Assembly (NCBI GenBank): GCA_046539845.1
Contig: JBKHGE010000003.1
Location: 1-64,000 of the forward strand
Length of the DNA stretch: 64,000 nucleotides
Direction of reading: 5' to 3'
From: Desulfonatronovibrionaceae bacterium
GTDB taxonomy: Bacteria > Desulfobacterota > Desulfovibrionia > Desulfovibrionales > Desulfonatronovibrionaceae
In this document: in pieces, positions 10,470 through 18,324 of the stretch
How positions within the stretch are numbered: position 1 is the first letter of the stretch
Layout of the letters: every line of letters begins with the position of its first letter
Position numbers and translations under genes: made by a program
Notes under the pieces: model-generated
Database searches by the model: none
Told to the model about the DNA's origin: nothing
Seen by the model: only the letters and a program-made list of their open reading frames with translations

Positions 10470-11129
10470 ATGGAACAGCAGATAAACATAGCCCGGGACA
10501 TCCTGGAAAGAAACGATCGTCTGGCGGATGAACTCAGACAAATATTCACCTCCAAAAAGGTCCTGGTCTTGAACCTGATGAGCTCACCGGGCGCGGGTAA
10601 AACTACTTTACTAGAGAACACCCTGACCGCGCTCAAGGACACGTACAACATGGCCGTGATCGAGGGCGACGTACAGACCAATAACGACGCCCGCCGCATA
10701 GAGGCCACCGGGGTGCAGGCCATGCAGATAAACACCGACGGGGGCTGCCACCTGGACAGCTCCATGATCCAGAAAGTTTTAAATGAATTCGATCTGGACA
10801 AGGTGGATATCCTGTTTGTGGAAAACGTGGGCAATCTGGTCTGCCCGGCCGAATTCACCGTGGGCGAAGACCATAAGGTGACCATCTTGAGCGTACCCGA
10901 GGGTGACGACAAGCCGGAAAAATATCCGCTCATGTTCGCCGAGTCGAGCGCGGTTATTTTAAACAAGACCGATCTCTTGCCCTATGTGGAGTTCAATATG
11001 GACCGGGCCGCAAATTTCGCCCGCAGTCTAAAACAAGACGTCCGTATCTTCCCGGTCTCGGCCAAGACCGGGGAGGGTCTTGAAGACTGGTATGTATGGC
11101 TTACCGAACAGGTGCAGGCCAAGAAATGA
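10470..11129 (+). CDS. hypB: Hydrogenase nickel incorporation GTPase
   Basis: SSPGAGKT, GCHLD, ENVGNLVCP, EGDDKPEKYP and NKTDL motifs; AGGAG RBS before ATG 10470. Confidence 0.95.
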   Translation: MEQQINIARDILERNDRLADELRQIFTSKKVLVLNLMSSPGAGKTTLLENTLTALKDTYNMAVIEGDVQTNNDARRIEATGVQAMQINTDGGCHLDSSMIQKVLNEFDLDKVDILFVENVGNLVCPAEFTVGEDHKVTILSVPEGDDKPEKYPLMFAESSAVILNKTDLLPYVEFNMDRAANFARSLKQDVRIFPVSAKTGEGLEDWYVWLTEQVQAKK

Positions 11130-12445
11130 CCCTGCCGGCTGACGTCTCTTTGGCCTCCATCTTGGACAGCGTGGCCGACGGGGTGTTTACCGTGGATCTG
11201 GACTGGAATGTGACCTATTTCAATGCCGCGGCCCGGGAGATAACCGGCATTCCCGCAAGGGAAGCAGTGGGCCGCAAGTGCTGGGAGGTGTTCAAATCCA
11301 GCATATGTGACCGTGAATGCGCCCTAAATGCCTGCCTGGAGCAAAAGGGATCCATATCCAATAAATCCATATACATCGTCCGTCCGGACGGGGAGAAGAT
11401 CCCGGTGAGCATAAGCGCGGCCCCGCTGAAAAACGAAGCCGGGGAGACCATAGGCGGGGTGGAGACCTTCAGGGACTTGTCCGATCTGCAGATCATCCGC
11501 CAGCAGATACAAAAGAACTACACGTTTGAGGATATTGTCGGCAAGAGCAAGGCCCTGAAAAGGGTGTTCTCCATTTTGCCTCAGGTGGCCAAGAGCAGAT
11601 CATCGGTGCTTATAACCGGGGAATCCGGAACCGGAAAGGAATTATTCGCCAAGGCCATCCACAGCTTAAGCGAACGCAGAGACGGCCCGTTCATTGTAGT
11701 CAACTGCGGGGCACTTCCGGAAAATCTGCTGGAATCCGAGCTCTTCGGGTACAGGGCCGGGGCATTCACCGACGCCAAGAAAGACAAACCTGGCCGCTTT
11801 CAGGCCGCGGACAAGGGGACCATCTTTCTGGACGAGATCGGGGACATGCCCCTGTCCCTGCAGGTAAAGCTCCTTCGCTTTCTGCAGGAAAAGACATTTC
11901 AGCCCCTGGGCGCCAACGAAAACGTCCAAGTGGATACCCGGGTGGTTGCGGCAACCCACCAGGATCTGTCTCGGCGAGTAAAGGAAGAGAAATTCAGGCA
12001 GGACCTGTACTACCGACTGAACGTGGTCCCCATAGATCTGCCCCCGCTGCGGGAAAGAGTCGAGGACATCCCCCTGCTGGTCAACCATTTCATCCGCAAG
12101 CTGAACGCGGTGCAGGGAAAAGACATCCAGGGCATATCCGAGGACGCCCTAGCCGTGCTCATGCGCCACAATTTTCCGGGCAATATCCGGGAGCTGGAAA
12201 ACATCCTGGAATTTGCCTTTATCCTTTGTCCGGACGGATTCATTCGACTGGAACACCTGCCGGAGCACCTGCAGCCCGGGGACTCCCCGACCAGAAAAGA
12301 GCCCCTGACCCTGGAGGAAATAAAATGCCAGGCCGTGATGGAGGCCCTGGCCAGGAACAAAAACAAAAAGATGCAAACCTGCCGCGAGCTGGGCATCTCT
12401 AAGGACACCCTGCGGCGGATGTTGAAACGCTGTTCTCAGGCCTGA
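11126..12445 (+). CDS. orpR: Sigma54-dependent activator with Fe-S-type PAS domain (OrpR-like)
   Basis: PAS domain with CX8CX3C (CWEVFKSSICDREC), [14 protein letters not shown] and a C-terminal HTH; lies directly upstream of the orp cluster. Confidence 0.85.
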   Translation: MTLPADVSLASILDSVADGVFTVDLDWNVTYFNAAAREITGIPAREAVGRKCWEVFKSSICDRECALNACLEQKGSISNKSIYIVRPDGEKIPVSISAAPLKNEAGETIGGVETFRDLSDLQIIRQQIQKNYTFEDIVGKSKALKRVFSILPQVAKSRSSVLITGESGTGKELFAKAIHSLSERRDGPFIVVNCGALPENLLESELFGYRAGAFTDAKKDKPGRFQAADKGTIFLDEIGDMPLSLQVKLLRFLQEKTFQPLGANENVQVDTRVVAATHQDLSRRVKEEKFRQDLYYRLNVVPIDLPPLRERVEDIPLLVNHFIRKLNAVQGKDIQGISEDALAVLMRHNFPGNIRELENILEFAFILCPDGFIRLEHLPEHLQPGDSPTRKEPLTLEEIKCQAVMEALARNKNKKMQTCRELGISKDTLRRMLKRCSQA

Positions 12446-12457
12446 TCCCTGCCAACC

Positions 12458-12506
12458 GGGCGCAAAACAATCCCTCGCCTTCTGTATAATGGCGCACAAT
12501 ACGCCC
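12458..12506 (+). promoter_or_regulatory. Two upstream activator sites, putative OrpR boxes
   Basis: Imperfect 17-bp palindromes GGGCGCAAAACAATCCC (12458-12474) and TGGCGCACAATACGCCC (12490-12506), 32 bp apart. Confidence 0.7.
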
Positions 12507-12538
12507 ATACTCACCACTAAACCCATTCATTCTGCACA

Positions 12539-12551
12539 TAACCTATTGATA
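12539..12551 (-). promoter_or_regulatory. IHF binding site
   Basis: Minus-strand TATCAATAGGTTA matches WATCAANNNNTTR and lies between the activator sites and the sigma54 promoter. Confidence 0.7.
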
Positions 12552-12570
12552 TAAATCATCTTTACATATC

Positions 12571-12586
12571 TGGCACGCTCAATGCT
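12571..12586 (+). promoter_or_regulatory. Sigma54 (-24/-12) promoter of the orp operon
   Basis: TGGCAC-GCTCA-ATGCT with exact GG-N10-GC spacing. Confidence 0.85.
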
Positions 12587-12612
12587 TCTAACAGTAACAA
12601 AGGGACGAAAAA

Positions 12613-13053
12613 ATGGAAGTGAACATCAAAGCAGGTACAGACGACTCTGAGACCCGATTGGGGCTTATCTCCCACGGCAATCGGTTGGCTACTGTTTTTG
12701 ATCAGGCCACAGAAATAAGGCTCTTTGAAATCATCGAGGACAAAATTTACCCCGCAGGGCATCTCTCCCTCCCGTTTGGAGATCTGATGGGCAAGATCTC
12801 TTTAATCAAATCCTGCGGGGTAAACATTTTGATTTGCGGGGCAATCAGCTGCTGCGCCCACAATATGCTCAAACAAAAGGACATAGCACTCATACCCTGG
12901 ATAACCGGAGACCTGGACAGGGTTATTGCCGCATTTGAAACGCAGCACCTGCACGAACTTTCCATGCCCGGCTGCCACACCCCGGTTGAACCGGGCAGAT
13001 GCCGGGTGAGAAGGAGAGGCAGCGGACAAATCTGTAATCGGAGGATAAAATGA
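12613..13053 (+). CDS. NifB/NifX family Mo-Fe cofactor-binding protein (orp cluster)
   Basis: RLATVFD, ILICGAIS and MPGC motifs; first gene after the sigma54 promoter. Confidence 0.75.
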   Translation: MEVNIKAGTDDSETRLGLISHGNRLATVFDQATEIRLFEIIEDKIYPAGHLSLPFGDLMGKISLIKSCGVNILICGAISCCAHNMLKQKDIALIPWITGDLDRVIAAFETQHLHELSMPGCHTPVEPGRCRVRRRGSGQICNRRIK

Positions 13054-13409
13054 AACTTGCTGTAAGCAGCCAGGGGGATTCACTGCAATCGCCAATAGAT
13101 ACCAGGTTTGGAAGGGCTCAGGGCTTTATCATCTATGATACAGACAACAGCTCTTTTGAATTCATGGAAAACAAGCAAAACCTGAACCTGCCCCAGGGGG
13201 CGGGAATCCAGACCGCGCAGAACGTGGCCAATACAGGCGTAAAAGCGGTCATAAGCGGTCACATTGGCCCCAAGGCCTTTTCCGCGCTGTCCAAGGCTGA
13301 AATCGAGATCTATTTCGCCTCCGCGGGTACAGTGGATGAGGCCCTGGAGGCGTATAAAAAAGGACTCCTGGAAAAGGCTCAGACCCCGGACAAGCCGGGG
13401 CACTGGTAG
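13050..13409 (+). CDS. NifB/NifX family protein, Orange protein (ORP)-like
   Basis: MKLAVSS, RFGRA, QGAGIQTAQ and GPKAF motifs; C-terminal GHW. Confidence 0.85.
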   Translation: MKLAVSSQGDSLQSPIDTRFGRAQGFIIYDTDNSSFEFMENKQNLNLPQGAGIQTAQNVANTGVKAVISGHIGPKAFSALSKAEIEIYFASAGTVDEALEAYKKGLLEKAQTPDKPGHW

Positions 13410-13439
13410 ACCGAAGTACAGAGCAAGGAGGTATACAGG

Positions 13440-13589
13440 ATGCCGGGATTGGATAGAACAGGACCGGACAGCCAAGGAGCCGGGACAGGCCGCGGTCGGG
13501 GGAGATGCGCCGGGACCGGCGCTTCGGGCGGCGGCCGCGGCAGAGGTGGAAACGGCCGCCCGGGCCGGGGTGGCAAGCGCAGCAGATAA
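13440..13589 (+). CDS. Small Gly/Arg-rich DUF5320-like protein (49 aa, missing from the ORF track)
   Basis: AAGGAGG RBS; translates as MPGLDRTGPDSQGAGTGRGRGRCAG...GKRSR; N-terminus is paralogous to the next gene. Confidence 0.75.
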   Translation: MPGLDRTGPDSQGAGTGRGRGRCAGTGASGGGRGRGGNGRPGRGGKRSR

Positions 13590-13616
13590 AAAAAACAGAC
13601 TAAAGAGGTGATAGCT

Positions 13617-13925
13617 ATGCCAGGATTTAACGGAACAGGACCATTGGGACAGGGACCGGTAACCGGACGCGGTATGGGCCGGTGCACCGGAGCCGTGCCT
13701 GCGGGGGCTGTGCCGGGCCGGGGCTTCGGCTTCGGCTTCGGCATGGGCCGGGGTTTCGGCCGCGGCAGGGGCCGGGGCTTCGGGCCGGGGCCGATGACCG
13801 CATGGTACGGATATGCCCCGCCAGCAACGGAACCCGTGGACGAAAAAACCGCAATTGAAAACCAGATCAAGGGTCTGGAAAATCAATTGGAGATTTTGAA
13901 CAATAGATTGAACGAAATCTCCTAA
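13617..13925 (+). CDS. DUF5320 family protein
   Basis: MPGFNGTGPLGQGPVTGRGMGRC, a GRG/GFG tract and a C-terminal coiled coil. Confidence 0.85.
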   Translation: MPGFNGTGPLGQGPVTGRGMGRCTGAVPAGAVPGRGFGFGFGMGRGFGRGRGRGFGPGPMTAWYGYAPPATEPVDEKTAIENQIKGLENQLEILNNRLNEIS

Positions 13926-13931
13926 AAAAAT

Positions 13932-13988
13932 AAAACGGGGCGGAAAAACCGAGTCTGACCTCTTCCCCTGATTCCGCTCCGTTTTTTT
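13932..13988 (+). terminator. Intra-operon intrinsic terminator-like hairpin
   Basis: AAACGGGGCGGAA...TTCCGCTCCGTTT followed by a T run. Confidence 0.6.
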
Positions 13989-14020
13989 ATCTCCTATACT
14001 TGTTCTTCAGGGAGCACAAA

Positions 14021-14230
14021 ATGCCGGACAATTACAAAAGACCGGGGTCTGCAGACCGCATTAGAAACCGGACGTCGCCGGCCGGTTACCAGGGACAGGG
14101 AAGAAACGCCCCGGCTGGATCGACATGCTATTGCCCGCAGTGCGGAACCATTGCCCCGCATACACCCAAGACCCCGTGCGTGGATACAAAATGCCCGAAC
14201 TGCGGCTCACCCATGACCCGCAAATTTTAA
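14021..14230 (+). CDS. Small Cys-rich (zinc-ribbon/ferredoxin-like) orp-cluster protein
   Basis: CYCPQCG...PC...KCPNCGSPM motif; GGGAG RBS. Confidence 0.75.
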   Translation: MPDNYKRPGSADRIRNRTSPAGYQGQGRNAPAGSTCYCPQCGTIAPHTPKTPCVDTKCPNCGSPMTRKF

Positions 14231-14344
14231 TGCGCCCCCAGTGCGCGGGAAAGACCACTACCCCGGGAAACATTGCCTATGTCTTCCCGCCCGGCAATGG
14301 CCAGACCGATCCGGGCAGCGCAGAAATCAAAAAGGAGATCCCTA

Positions 14345-15220
14345 ATGCAAATAGCTGTTGCCAGTGGCAAGGGCGGCACCGGCAAAACCACGATAACGGT
14401 AAACCTGGCCACATACCTGATCGAGCAGGGTGAAGATGTCCAGCTGGTTGACTGCGACGTGGAGGAACCGAATTCCCATTTCTTTTTGGACCTAAAATAT
14501 GACGCGGAAGAAAAGCAATACGTCCAGGTCCCGGAAATAGACATGGACAAATGCTTGGGCCAGTCCTGCCAGAAATGCATCCGGGAATGCAGATTCAAGG
14601 CACTTATCTGGATGGTGGATCAGGTAATGGTATTCCCCGAACTATGCCACAGCTGCGGCTTGTGCAAACTGGTCTGCCCCGCGGATGCCGTGGGAGACAG
14701 CCATAGGGAAATCGGGGCCATGCGCCGGGTGAAAAAGGACAACCTGCATATTTACGGAGGTCTGCTCCGTATCGGAGAAGCAATGGCTCCGCCGCTCATA
14801 GCCAGAGTCAAGGAGGCGGCCCGGGCCGAGCCCAAGGGGACAACCATCCTGGACTGCCCGCCGGGAACCACCTGCCCGGTAATCGAATCCCTAGAGGGAG
14901 CGGACTATGTAATCCTGGTCACTGAACCCACCCCGTTCGGCCTGTATGACCTGCAATTGGCCGTACAGCTCATGCAAAAACTCCACTATCCGTTCGGGGT
15001 TGTGGTTAATCGCCAGGGGATGGGCGGCGAAGAAGAGCTGGACAAATATCTTCGGGAAAACGATATAGAAGTGCTGGGCCGCCTGCCGCATACAAAGGAA
15101 GCGGCCGAGGCCTATTCCCGGGGCGAGCTCCTGGTGGATGTCTTCCCTGAATTCCGGGAAATATACGCCGACATCTGGCAACGAATCGAAAACAAAGTCT
15201 CCGCGGAGGTGTCCGCATGA
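14345..15220 (+). CDS. MinD/ParA-type P-loop ATPase with inserted ferredoxin domain
   Basis: ASGKGGTGKT, DCDVEEPN, CHSCGLCKLVCP, DCPPG and VTEPTPFG motifs. Confidence 0.9.
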   Translation: MQIAVASGKGGTGKTTITVNLATYLIEQGEDVQLVDCDVEEPNSHFFLDLKYDAEEKQYVQVPEIDMDKCLGQSCQKCIRECRFKALIWMVDQVMVFPELCHSCGLCKLVCPADAVGDSHREIGAMRRVKKDNLHIYGGLLRIGEAMAPPLIARVKEAARAEPKGTTILDCPPGTTCPVIESLEGADYVILVTEPTPFGLYDLQLAVQLMQKLHYPFGVVVNRQGMGGEEELDKYLRENDIEVLGRLPHTKEAAEAYSRGELLVDVFPEFREIYADIWQRIENKVSAEVSA

Positions 15221-16080
15221 AGGAAGTAGTAATCATCAGCGGGAAAGGCGGCACCGGCAAAACCAGCATTGTCTCTGCACTGGCCGGATTGGGCCCCAAA
15301 AAGGTGCTGGCTGACTGCGACGTGGATGCGGCTGATCTGCACCTTATCCTCAACCCTGAAGTTCGGGAGACTATGCAGTTCATAAGCGGAGAACTGCCGG
15401 AAATAGACAAGGACTTGTGCGTAGAATGCGCTGAATGCCTTGAACACTGCAAGTTCAATGCAATTAGCGAGGATTTTCAGGTAATAAAGGAAAACTGCGA
15501 AGGGTGCGGGGTATGCGCCTTTGTCTGCCCCACGCAGGCGGCCAGGATGTATCCCCGGCATTGCGGGGAATGGTATATCTCCGACACCCGCTTCGGGACC
15601 ATGGTCCATGCCAGCCTGGGTATAGGGGAAGAGAACTCCGGTGTCCTGGTGACCACGGTGCGCAAAAAGGCCGGTGCCCTGGCCGAGGAACAGGGAGCAG
15701 ACCTTGTCCTGGTGGACGGCTCCCCGGGAGTAGGATGTCCGGTAATTGCTTCCCTGACCAACGCGGACGCGGCGATTGTGGTAGCCGAGCCCACGGTCTC
15801 CGCAGAGCACGATCTGCACCGGGTCTGCGAACTCACCGAGCACTTCGGGATCCAGACCATGGCGGTAATCAACAAATCAGATATAAATGAGCATATTTCC
15901 GGGACAATAGAGAATTATTGCCGGGAAAGGAAAATTCCTGTATTGGGCAGGCTTCCCTATGACTCCGGATTCACCCGGGCCCAGATCAAAAAGCAGAACA
16001 TACTCGAGTTCGATCCAAACGGCCTGGGAAGAACCATGCACGGGGTCTGGGAAAACATGCGCAACCATCTGCAAATATAA
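15217..16080 (+). CDS. MinD/ParA-type P-loop ATPase with inserted ferredoxin domain
   Basis: SGKGGTGKT, DCDVDAADL, CVECAECLEHC and CEGCGVCAFVCP motifs. Confidence 0.9.
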   Translation: MKEVVIISGKGGTGKTSIVSALAGLGPKKVLADCDVDAADLHLILNPEVRETMQFISGELPEIDKDLCVECAECLEHCKFNAISEDFQVIKENCEGCGVCAFVCPTQAARMYPRHCGEWYISDTRFGTMVHASLGIGEENSGVLVTTVRKKAGALAEEQGADLVLVDGSPGVGCPVIASLTNADAAIVVAEPTVSAEHDLHRVCELTEHFGIQTMAVINKSDINEHISGTIENYCRERKIPVLGRLPYDSGFTRAQIKKQNILEFDPNGLGRTMHGVWENMRNHLQI

Positions 16081-16100
16081 TTATCACGGGAGGATAGAAC

Positions 16101-17348
16101 ATGGCTGAAGAACAATGCGGTTCCTGTTCAGGCAAGGAATGCGGCAAAAACAAGGAAGACGAAAAACTGCAGGCCAGTCTGGGCAAGATCAAGAATAAAC
16201 TGGTCATCCTCTCCGGCAAGGGCGGCGTGGGTAAAAGCACAGTGGCTGTAAATATTGCGGCCGCCCTGTCTCTAGCCGGGAAAAAGGTCGGGCTTTTGGA
16301 TGTGGACGTCCACGGTCCCTCCATACCCAGAATGCTCAGTCTGACCGGGGAGCAGCCGCATATTGAAAAGGACTATATCGAGCCCATTCAATGGAGCAAG
16401 AACCTGTGGGTCATGTCCCTGGGGTTTATGCTTCCCAACCGCAATGACGCGGTTATCTGGCGCGGCCCGATCAAGATGGGTTTGATAAAGCAGTTTTTGC
16501 AGGACGTGGCCTGGGGCGAACTTGATTATCTGGTGGTGGACTGCCCTCCGGGCACCGGGGACGAACCCCTTTCCACCCTGCAGCTGATTGGTCCCTCCGC
16601 CCAGGCGGTAATCGTCTCCACTCCGCAGGGAGTGGCTGTGGACGATGTGCGGCGTTCAGTGACCTTCTGCAGCCAGGTGGGCAACCCTGTCCTGGGGCTG
16701 GTGGAAAACATGAGCGGATACGCGTGCCCCAAATGCGGGGAAGTAAGCGACATATTTGCTTCCGGAGGCGGCGAGGATCTGGCCCGGGAAATGGGCATAA
16801 AATTTTTGGGTCGCATTCCCATAGATCCGGAAGTTGTCCGCTCCGGGGATCAGGGCTATGTCTACGTCAAGACCCATCACGAAAGCGAGGCCGCCCAATC
16901 CATCGGGCGCATAATCAAACCCATGCTGGCCATGGGCGGTGATCTGCAGGAGAAGTCCAACCCCGGAGGGGACCAGACCGAGGAAAAGCCCGCGCCCTCC
17001 GAGGGGAAAATAAAAGTGGCCGTGCCCGTGGCAAACGGCAAGCTGTGCATGCATTTCGGACACTGCCAAAAGTTCGCCATGGTGGAAGCGGATGCCGGGA
17101 AAAAAGAAATCCTGGGTATGGAACTTATGGATCCCCCGCCGCATGAGCCCGGAGTATTGCCGGAATGGGTGGCCAATCAGGGGGCCGCTTTAGTCATCGC
17201 CGGGGGGATGGGCTCCAGGGCGCAGAGCCTTTTCAACCAGCACGGAGTCAAGGTCCTGGTCGGCGCACCGGCTGAGGGCCCGGAAGACCTGGTCAAATCA
17301 TATCTGGAAGGCACGCTTAGTACCGGGGAGAACGTCTGCGATCATTGA
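16101..17348 (+). CDS. Mrp/NBP35 Fe-S carrier ATPase fused to a NifB/NifX domain (MrpORP-like)
   Basis: SGKGGVGKS, DVDVHGPS, WRGP, DCPPGTGD and CPKC motifs; C-terminal HFGHC...PPPHEPG...NVCDH. Confidence 0.92.
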   Translation: MAEEQCGSCSGKECGKNKEDEKLQASLGKIKNKLVILSGKGGVGKSTVAVNIAAALSLAGKKVGLLDVDVHGPSIPRMLSLTGEQPHIEKDYIEPIQWSKNLWVMSLGFMLPNRNDAVIWRGPIKMGLIKQFLQDVAWGELDYLVVDCPPGTGDEPLSTLQLIGPSAQAVIVSTPQGVAVDDVRRSVTFCSQVGNPVLGLVENMSGYACPKCGEVSDIFASGGGEDLAREMGIKFLGRIPIDPEVVRSGDQGYVYVKTHHESEAAQSIGRIIKPMLAMGGDLQEKSNPGGDQTEEKPAPSEGKIKVAVPVANGKLCMHFGHCQKFAMVEADAGKKEILGMELMDPPPHEPGVLPEWVANQGAALVIAGGMGSRAQSLFNQHGVKVLVGAPAEGPEDLVKSYLEGTLSTGENVCDH

Positions 17349-17386
17349 TTTAAATTGGGTTCCACCTGAAATAAATACATAAAAAC

Positions 17387-17412
17387 AGGCGGCCTTAAGG
17401 CCGCCTATTTTT
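17387..17412 (+). terminator. Intrinsic terminator
   Basis: AGGCGGCC-TTAA-GGCCGCCT followed by a T run. Confidence 0.8.
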
Positions 17413-17640
17413 ATGGCTCCTTACCGTAAGGTATGGATTTTCTTCCCAGCATAAGCTTTTGCATATAATGCTCCAACGAAAAAATCCATAAGGTTTGCCC
17501 AAATAACCAGGGACAGAAAGCATGCCGATTTTTTTTGACCTTTGGGACAAATAACTTTAGAAGAAGTGGCTCAAGGAAATTAAACAAGCGGATTGAATGC
17601 AGGACCTGCATGACCAAATCTTATATTCCCGGGAGGAAGG

Positions 17641-18315
17641 ATGGACCCACTAGGACAGAAAACCCAGCAATTTGCCCAGCAGATCGAGAGTGAGGCCGAT
17701 TCCACGACGAACCCGATTTTGGAGAAGATCCTTAACAACCTGAGGCTGATAGGGATCACACTCGGAGGGATAATCCTCATTGCCGCAGCATATTCCGGGC
17801 ACAGACTGTACCAGGACCACCAGGCTGAACAGGCCTCGGCCAAGCTGAACGAAATCCAGGCCCTGGAGGATCCTGCGGCCCGGGCCGAGAACCTGGCCGA
17901 GTTCACCGAAAACGCTCCAAAGGACGTGGCCGTGGCAGTCCAGCTGGAACTGGCCCGCGCCCTTATGCAGACCCAGGATTTTGAAGCGGCAGCAAGAGAA
18001 TTCTCTGCTCTAGGGAATATGGACGGGGACTTGCGGCCCATTGCCATCCTCGGCCGGGCCAAGGCCCTGCAGCTGGCCGGAAAATACGAAGAGGCATTTA
18101 ATATGCTCGTAGAAAACAGGGATAAAATGCCTGAGGCCTATGACCGGGCCCTGCAGAACATGCTCGCTTTTGCCGCGGAAAAGAGCGGACATTGGGATGC
18201 CGCCCTGTCCGCCTATCAGGAGCTAAAGGCCGCGAGCGGCATGCTTCAGGAACAGGGCAAAAGCGGTTTCTTTGACTATAAGATACAACAGATGCAAGAA
18301 AAAGTGGCCGGATAG
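17641..18315 (+). CDS. Membrane-anchored tetratricopeptide-repeat protein (YfgM-like)
   Basis: Single N-terminal TM segment followed by helical TPR-like repeats. Confidence 0.7.
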   Translation: MDPLGQKTQQFAQQIESEADSTTNPILEKILNNLRLIGITLGGIILIAAAYSGHRLYQDHQAEQASAKLNEIQALEDPAARAENLAEFTENAPKDVAVAVQLELARALMQTQDFEAAAREFSALGNMDGDLRPIAILGRAKALQLAGKYEEAFNMLVENRDKMPEAYDRALQNMLAFAAEKSGHWDAALSAYQELKAASGMLQEQGKSGFFDYKIQQMQEKVAG

Positions 18316-18324
18316 GAGCAAACC

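Noticed and set aside
13722..13742. (GGCTTC)n tandem repeat as a phase-variation tract
   Set aside because: It is in frame and simply encodes the Gly-Phe low-complexity region of DUF5320.
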